Source of the DNA: Eubacteriales bacterium
Lineage (GTDB): Bacteria > Bacillota > Clostridia > Oscillospirales > CAG-272
Length of the DNA stretch: 64,000 nucleotides
Reading direction: 5' to 3'
Assembly (NCBI GenBank): GCA_045123975.1
Contig: JBGVKV010000063.1
Location: forward strand, 15,070 to 79,069
Part shown: in pieces, positions 60,102-64,000 of the stretch
How positions within the stretch are numbered: position 1 is the first letter of the stretch
Layout: each line of letters begins with the position of its first letter
Notes under the pieces: generated by a model
The model's database searches: none
Seen by the model: the letters and a program-made list of their open reading frames with translations, nothing else
What the model was told of the DNA's origin: nothing
Position numbers and translations under genes: made by a program

Positions 60102-61196
60102 GCCGAAGAGGCGGCAGATAGCGCGGAGCGTATTTTCCAGATGGGAATCGGCCGACAGCGGTGCCTTGAAATCCGTCTGTGCGGGATGGGCGGGCATATA
60201 CAGCTGAAGTGTCAGCGTTCCGCTGTCTTCCTCGCCGAATATATGGATTTCGTATCCGCAATAACCGCATAGGTACTCCGCCATTGTCAAGTACATTTCC
60301 TTGTCAGGCGCACACACAACCAGTGCCTGCACGTCCGTGGTGTGATGGAGGATGGGGCAGAGTCGGCGGCACCCCGTGCGGATGTAAATACTCCGATCCT
60401 CTCCCTCTTCGTTTAGGGAAACGGCGGCGGTGTGGGTGTCGGACAGATCGCTGAGGGCACTGAGCAGAGCGGACAGTATGAGATACAGGCATTCCGGATC
60501 CAGGGGCGTGTACAGCTCGGCCTTGTAAGGCGGGAGGGAGATATCCAGATGGATGGAGAGCGCCGCGGAATAGTGCTGCAGTGCCTGCAGATATTCCTCC
60601 ACCAGCCGATGGAGGCTGTAAAGCCGCTTTCCACCCGTATAGACTGTGTCGGGATAAAAGCATTGGATAGTCATCATAGTTACGGTCAGCATTTCCTCCA
60701 CCGTGTCCGGCGTGACGACGAGAGCATCGGGGGAAGAGATAGCCTGTCGGCATTCCTCCCGCAGGGTGCTCAGCGCACCTCTCAGCAGCAATCCGTACCG
60801 ACGGGGACCGCGCTCCAGCGCGGCGGCGAAGGCAAGATATTCCCGCCGTGTGCGGAACAGCACCGCAATGGCATTGCATTGGTGGAAAGTATAGGTGTAT
60901 TCCACGTAGGCCAAGCGGAAGCCGCCGACGGACCTTATCTCGTACAACGCCGCGTTCTGCGGGGTGTCCAGCGGTGCGTAGCGGGTTAGCGGAGATCCGT
61001 GGAAGGCGGCTTCGTGCCGAAGCCGTTCTCCGGCACCGTAGGTGAGATCGAGAATATCCCCGGGCTTCAGACCTGCCATCCGGGCGGCGGGATTGGCGTA
61101 CAGAATCCGCATGGCTCCGTCAATCCGCACGGCGGGAGAGAATACGATCTGTTCCTGCGGGACGGGATTCACGTTGGGATTTGCGATGATTTTCAT
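60021..61196 (-). CDS. hypothetical protein, possibly PAS-like N-terminus plus degenerate histidine-kinase-like C-terminus
   Basis: 391-aa ORF. MRILYANPAARMAGLKPGDILDL is reminiscent of PAS domains. LDPECLYLILSALLSALSDLSD and GTLTLQLYMP are reminiscent of the GHKL N-box and the C-terminal strand. I see no H-box. Confidence 0.5.
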   Translation of the reverse strand: MKIIANPNVNPVPQEQIVFSPAVRIDGAMRILYANPAARMAGLKPGDILDLTYGAGERLRHEAAFHGSPLTRYAPLDTPQNAALYEIRSVGGFRLAYVEYTYTFHQCNAIAVLFRTRREYLAFAAALERGPRRYGLLLRGALSTLREECRQAISSPDALVVTPDTVEEMLTVTMMTIQCFYPDTVYTGGKRLYSLHRLVEEYLQALQHYSAALSIHLDISLPPYKAELYTPLDPECLYLILSALLSALSDLSDTHTAAVSLNEEGEDRSIYIRTGCRRLCPILHHTTDVQALVVCAPDKEMYLTMAEYLCGYCGYEIHIFGEEDSGTLTLQLYMPAHPAQTDFKAPLSADSHLENTLRAICRLFGLMDTDEKEQNYDNVHRTLVLGTEEKQ

Positions 61197-61261
61197 AATA
61201 CGATCCTTTTGTAAAGGGCTGTCCTGGCGATACGTTCACGCCGGGACAGCCCGATATGTTT

Positions 61262-62146
61262 TTAATCCGATACGGACTGCAGGGATACGTATCCCTCATT
61301 CCGCAAAGCGGATTCGGTGGCGGCACGGGTAGATGCCTCTCCGCGGATCAGGATCCGCATGGAGAAGTAGCCGATGCTTCCCCGATGGAGGAAGGCGTTT
61401 TGCACCGCGTCTTCCGTGCCGGTGATGCTTGCCGGATCCAGCGCCATAAAGTCCGATGCCTCCGCGATTATCTCCAGAGCGGGTGCAAAGGATCCGCTTT
61501 CCAGTGCCTCGGCGGTGACGCCGAAGCCGATCCGGATACCGGGCGTGGACTCCCGGATGCTGCCGGGAATTTCTGCCAGGGCAACGGCAGATTCCTCACC
61601 GGTAATGCCGGTGATCAGCATTTCCGTGAATCCCATTCCGGACAGATTCTGTGCCAGGGCACAGGCGTTGGCCAGGGACGTGTCCACGTCCTCGGTAACT
61701 ACCTCGCGGACGGAGATCACGGCACAGCTCTGAATGCCCCGCAACGAAGCGCCGGAGGCAACGCGGCGCAGGGAAGCCGTTTCGGCATCCGTGCAGTGTA
61801 AGCGGACGGGGAGGGAAATGCCGGTGTATACGTCTGTCAGCGTATCCAGATCCTCTGCTTTGGTTACGGAGGGATCTACGGCCGCGTAGGTCAGGGATAC
61901 GGTGATCTTCGGGTTGTGCAGAAGAAGCTCTGAGGGGGAGCGGGCCGTATTGTCCTGCTCAGGAAAGGAGAATACGTGCAGAGCCAGAAAGGGCTCTGCG
62001 GCATCCAGCCGGTCCTTGAGAAGATTACCCAGCATCAAAGTCGCGGTTACGATAAAAACAACCAGGATAAGGGGGATCAGGATCCGTTTCCATTTTTGTT
62101 TTCGGCGTTCGCCGAAATACCGTGAAGAAGGCGATCGTTTCATCAT
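61262..62146 (-). CDS. membrane-anchored hypothetical protein
   Basis: 294 aa. A basic N-terminus and one TM helix (ILIPLILVVFIVTATLMLG) are followed by an extracytoplasmic domain with no motif I recognise. Confidence 0.5.
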   Translation of the reverse strand: MMKRSPSSRYFGERRKQKWKRILIPLILVVFIVTATLMLGNLLKDRLDAAEPFLALHVFSFPEQDNTARSPSELLLHNPKITVSLTYAAVDPSVTKAEDLDTLTDVYTGISLPVRLHCTDAETASLRRVASGASLRGIQSCAVISVREVVTEDVDTSLANACALAQNLSGMGFTEMLITGITGEESAVALAEIPGSIRESTPGIRIGFGVTAEALESGSFAPALEIIAEASDFMALDPASITGTEDAVQNAFLHRGSIGYFSMRILIRGEASTRAATESALRNEGYVSLQSVSD

Positions 62147-62152
62147 GGCACC

Positions 62153-63172
62153 TTACTTATCAAAATCGTCGCGGATGGTCAGCAGCGTGTAATCGTACAG
62201 AGGGGCCCGCGGCACGGGGGTAAGGGATTCGGCCTTCCGTTCCAGCATCAAACTGAAGCAGGCGTCCCGGTAGTCGTCACACAGCTCCGCCCGGTTTTTC
62301 TCAATATAGGCGGGATCCTTTTCACAGCGGAGAAGAATGCTGTAGCCGGCGGGGGTCTTGATTACGTTGCTGATCTCACCCACGTCCAGAGAAAAGGCCG
62401 CATCCTCGAATTCCTTATAGCGCACACCGCGGCAGATGTAGTAGCCGTCCGTGTTTTGGAACATATACAGATCCTCGCCGTACTTGCCTACCAGAGTATC
62501 GAAATCCTCACCGGCCACGGCACGGGCCTGGATATCCTCGGCTTTCTTGCGGTTTGCTTCGGGATCCTCACCGGGATCGTTCTGGATCAAAATCTGCTTT
62601 ACGCGGATAAAGGTATCATCCTCCAACAGAGGATACAGTTTTTCGTCCTCCGCTTCAATGTCGCCGGATTTCAAAACGGCGTAGTACAGCTCCTGCTGGC
62701 ATACGCTGACGGTGGTGAAGAACCGGTATACGCTGTCGTTCAGATAGCTTTCCCGCAGGGCAGCCGCATAGGCCTCCTCGCTTGCGTACTGTGCCACGTA
62801 GCCGGACATCAGGGTTTCCACCAGCTCGTCAATGGCACCGCTTGCGGTGTCCACGCCGTATTCCCGGCAGAGGGACAAGGTGGCGTACTGGGAGCACAGC
62901 GTGTCAAAGCACTGCTCGAAAATCTCATTCTGGGCAAGGGCAGCGGTTTCCATGTTCCAGTAATCCGCATCGCCGCCCGCATAGGTATCCATGTAGTTGC
63001 ACACAAGATAGCGGAATTGCTCGTAGGGAACCTCAAAGCCGTCGATGGACAAAACGGTCTGCCGCTCCGCTTTGGTGCTCTTTTTGATATCGCCGCAGGC
63101 GGAAAGAGTCAGGAGCATGCATACAGTCAGGCCGGCGGCACAGCCGCGGCGCAGTATATTTTTCAAAGACAT
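62153..63172 (-). CDS. peptidylprolyl isomerase, PrsA/SurA-like lipoprotein (PPIC-type rotamase)
   Basis: The lipobox is LLTLSAC. The parvulin domain reads IRVKQILIQ...GEDFDTLVGKYGED...FSLDVGEISNVIKTPAGYSILLR. The ATG at 63172 is preferred over the GTG at 63184. Confidence 0.8.
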   Translation of the reverse strand: MSLKNILRRGCAAGLTVCMLLTLSACGDIKKSTKAERQTVLSIDGFEVPYEQFRYLVCNYMDTYAGGDADYWNMETAALAQNEIFEQCFDTLCSQYATLSLCREYGVDTASGAIDELVETLMSGYVAQYASEEAYAAALRESYLNDSVYRFFTTVSVCQQELYYAVLKSGDIEAEDEKLYPLLEDDTFIRVKQILIQNDPGEDPEANRKKAEDIQARAVAGEDFDTLVGKYGEDLYMFQNTDGYYICRGVRYKEFEDAAFSLDVGEISNVIKTPAGYSILLRCEKDPAYIEKNRAELCDDYRDACFSLMLERKAESLTPVPRAPLYDYTLLTIRDDFDK

Positions 63173-63341
63173 AACAAGCCTCACGGAGTGTATGTAGTAT
63201 AATTATCTACATTATAGCAAAGCATTATGAACATACGGTGAACGGAGAAGAAAAAAGGCGGATAATCCTATTGCGTTGCCGGTGGGTGTGTGATATAATG
63301 TACACATCATAAGGATAACATTGGATACAGTGAGGTGCACT

Positions 63342-64000
63342 ATGTTTGATTCCAACCGTTCGACCGATCTGAAGAGCATCATCAAGGAGATGAAGCTGGA
63401 GGTGGACTACATGCCCCGTCCCGCGGAGGAGATTCAGATTCACCTGGCGGACGTGGGACGTCCCGGCCTGCCTCTTATGGGATATTTCGAGCACTTTGAG
63501 CCTGAACGTATCCAGATCATCGGCAACGCGGAGTATGCCTTTCTGGAGCAGAAATCCGCACAGAATGAAACGGAGTGCATAACGGCGCTTCTGTCTCACC
63601 ATCCCGTGGCCATCGTATTTACCCACGGAAATATGCCCACTCCTCATTTTCTGGAGTTGGCGGAGTATTTTGAGGTGCCTGTTCTTCACACCGGTGAGTC
63701 CTCCGGTAACTTTATGGCACAGACCATCGCCTACCTGACCCTGACACTGGCTCCCTGCATTACCCGGCACGGCGTGCTGGTGGAGGTGTACGGTGAGGGC
63801 GTTCTGATGCTGGGCGACAGCGGTGTGGGTAAGAGCGAAACCGCCATTGAACTGATCAAGCGCGGTCACCGTCTGATCGCCGACGACGCGGTGGAATTGC
63901 GCCGCGTATCCGCCAAGACCATCGTGGGCTCCGCACCCGAGATCATCCGCCACTATATTGAATTGCGCGGTATCGGCATCGTGGACGTGCGCCGTTTGTT
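63342..64000 (+). CDS. hprK: HPr kinase/phosphorylase, N-terminal about 219 codons; gene runs off the window end
   Basis: Hand translation gives MFDSNRSTDLKSIIKEMKLEVDY...GVLVEVYGEGVLMLGDSGVGKSETAIELIKRGHRLIADDAVEL...IELRGIGIVDVRRL. Walker A is GDSGVGKSE and the LIADD motif is present. The promoter is TTGCGT-17-TATAAT, with tgtgatataat at 63290-63300. Confidence 0.88.
   Translation, partial: MFDSNRSTDLKSIIKEMKLEVDYMPRPAEEIQIHLADVGRPGLPLMGYFEHFEPERIQIIGNAEYAFLEQKSAQNETECITALLSHHPVAIVFTHGNMPTPHFLELAEYFEVPVLHTGESSGNFMAQTIAYLTLTLAPCITRHGVLVEVYGEGVLMLGDSGVGKSETAIELIKRGHRLIADDAVELRRVSAKTIVGSAPEIIRHYIELRGIGIVDVRRL

Noticed and set aside
63225-63953. 242-aa minus-strand ORF at the window end, listed in the track while the true gene is not
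   Set aside because: The plus strand from the ATG at 63342 reads as HPr kinase/phosphorylase (GDSGVGKSE, LIADD). It is missing from the track only because it runs off the window. The minus-strand ORF is its shadow.
1-64000. Looked for CRISPR arrays, tRNA/rRNA genes, transposases/integrases, toxin-antitoxin pairs and known defence-system cores
   Set aside because: I saw no regularly spaced direct repeats, no tRNA-like T-arm/acceptor patterns in intergenic regions, no rRNA-like stretches, no DDE/tyrosine/serine recombinase motifs, and no small two-gene TA-like pairs. The XRE gene at 50801-51565 is solitary. Absence is judged by eye only.

Overview
This is a 64-kb chromosomal segment that is G+C-rich at third codon positions. 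It looks like a spore-forming Clostridia genome (spoIIP and gpr are present; the style is Oscillospiraceae/Ruminococcaceae-like, but taxonomy is inferred only). I call about 70 protein-coding genes and find no rRNA, tRNA, CRISPR array, transposase or integrase. Most of the window is housekeeping. Identified genes include ribF, ireB, nth, mtnN-luxS, nfo-gatCAB, hom, coaW-like, spoIIP-gpr, rlmB, rplJ-rplL with an L10-leader attenuator, ppk2, recG, mutY, rarA, a PerR-like repressor with rubrerythrin, an AsnC regulator with an aminotransferase, rpmB, prfC, a family-4 UDG, a PrsA-like isomerase, and a partial hprK at the 3' edge. A partial D-Ala-D-Ala carboxypeptidase sits at the 5' edge. Promoters are unusually easy to read (TTGACA-17-TATAAT with a TRTG extended -10), and many genes end in clean hairpin plus T-tract terminators. 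I cannot point to one unambiguous novel system. The stretches most worth a second look are: (1) a 1282-aa SLH-anchored surface protein with eight divergent tandem modules of a domain I cannot name; (2) a 782-aa membrane protein that aligns by eye to a P1B-type ATPase but has FEDNN in place of the DKTGT phosphorylation motif and a ~230-aa acidic tail; (3) a GrpB / small-PPase-like / NUDIX triple fusion next to PPK2; (4) an orphan ACP, TagA-family glycosyltransferase and Sfp-type PPTase cluster; (5) a ~1-kb AT-rich single-gene cassette (XRE plus zinc ribbon) bracketed by a 16/18 inverted repeat; (6) a block of uncharacterised genes at 59.1-62.1 kb, including three translationally coupled small ORFs and a possible pseudo-histidine kinase. 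Many very long ORFs in the supplied track are antisense shadows of real genes and were rejected. All family assignments come from motif recognition and memory. No searches were run.
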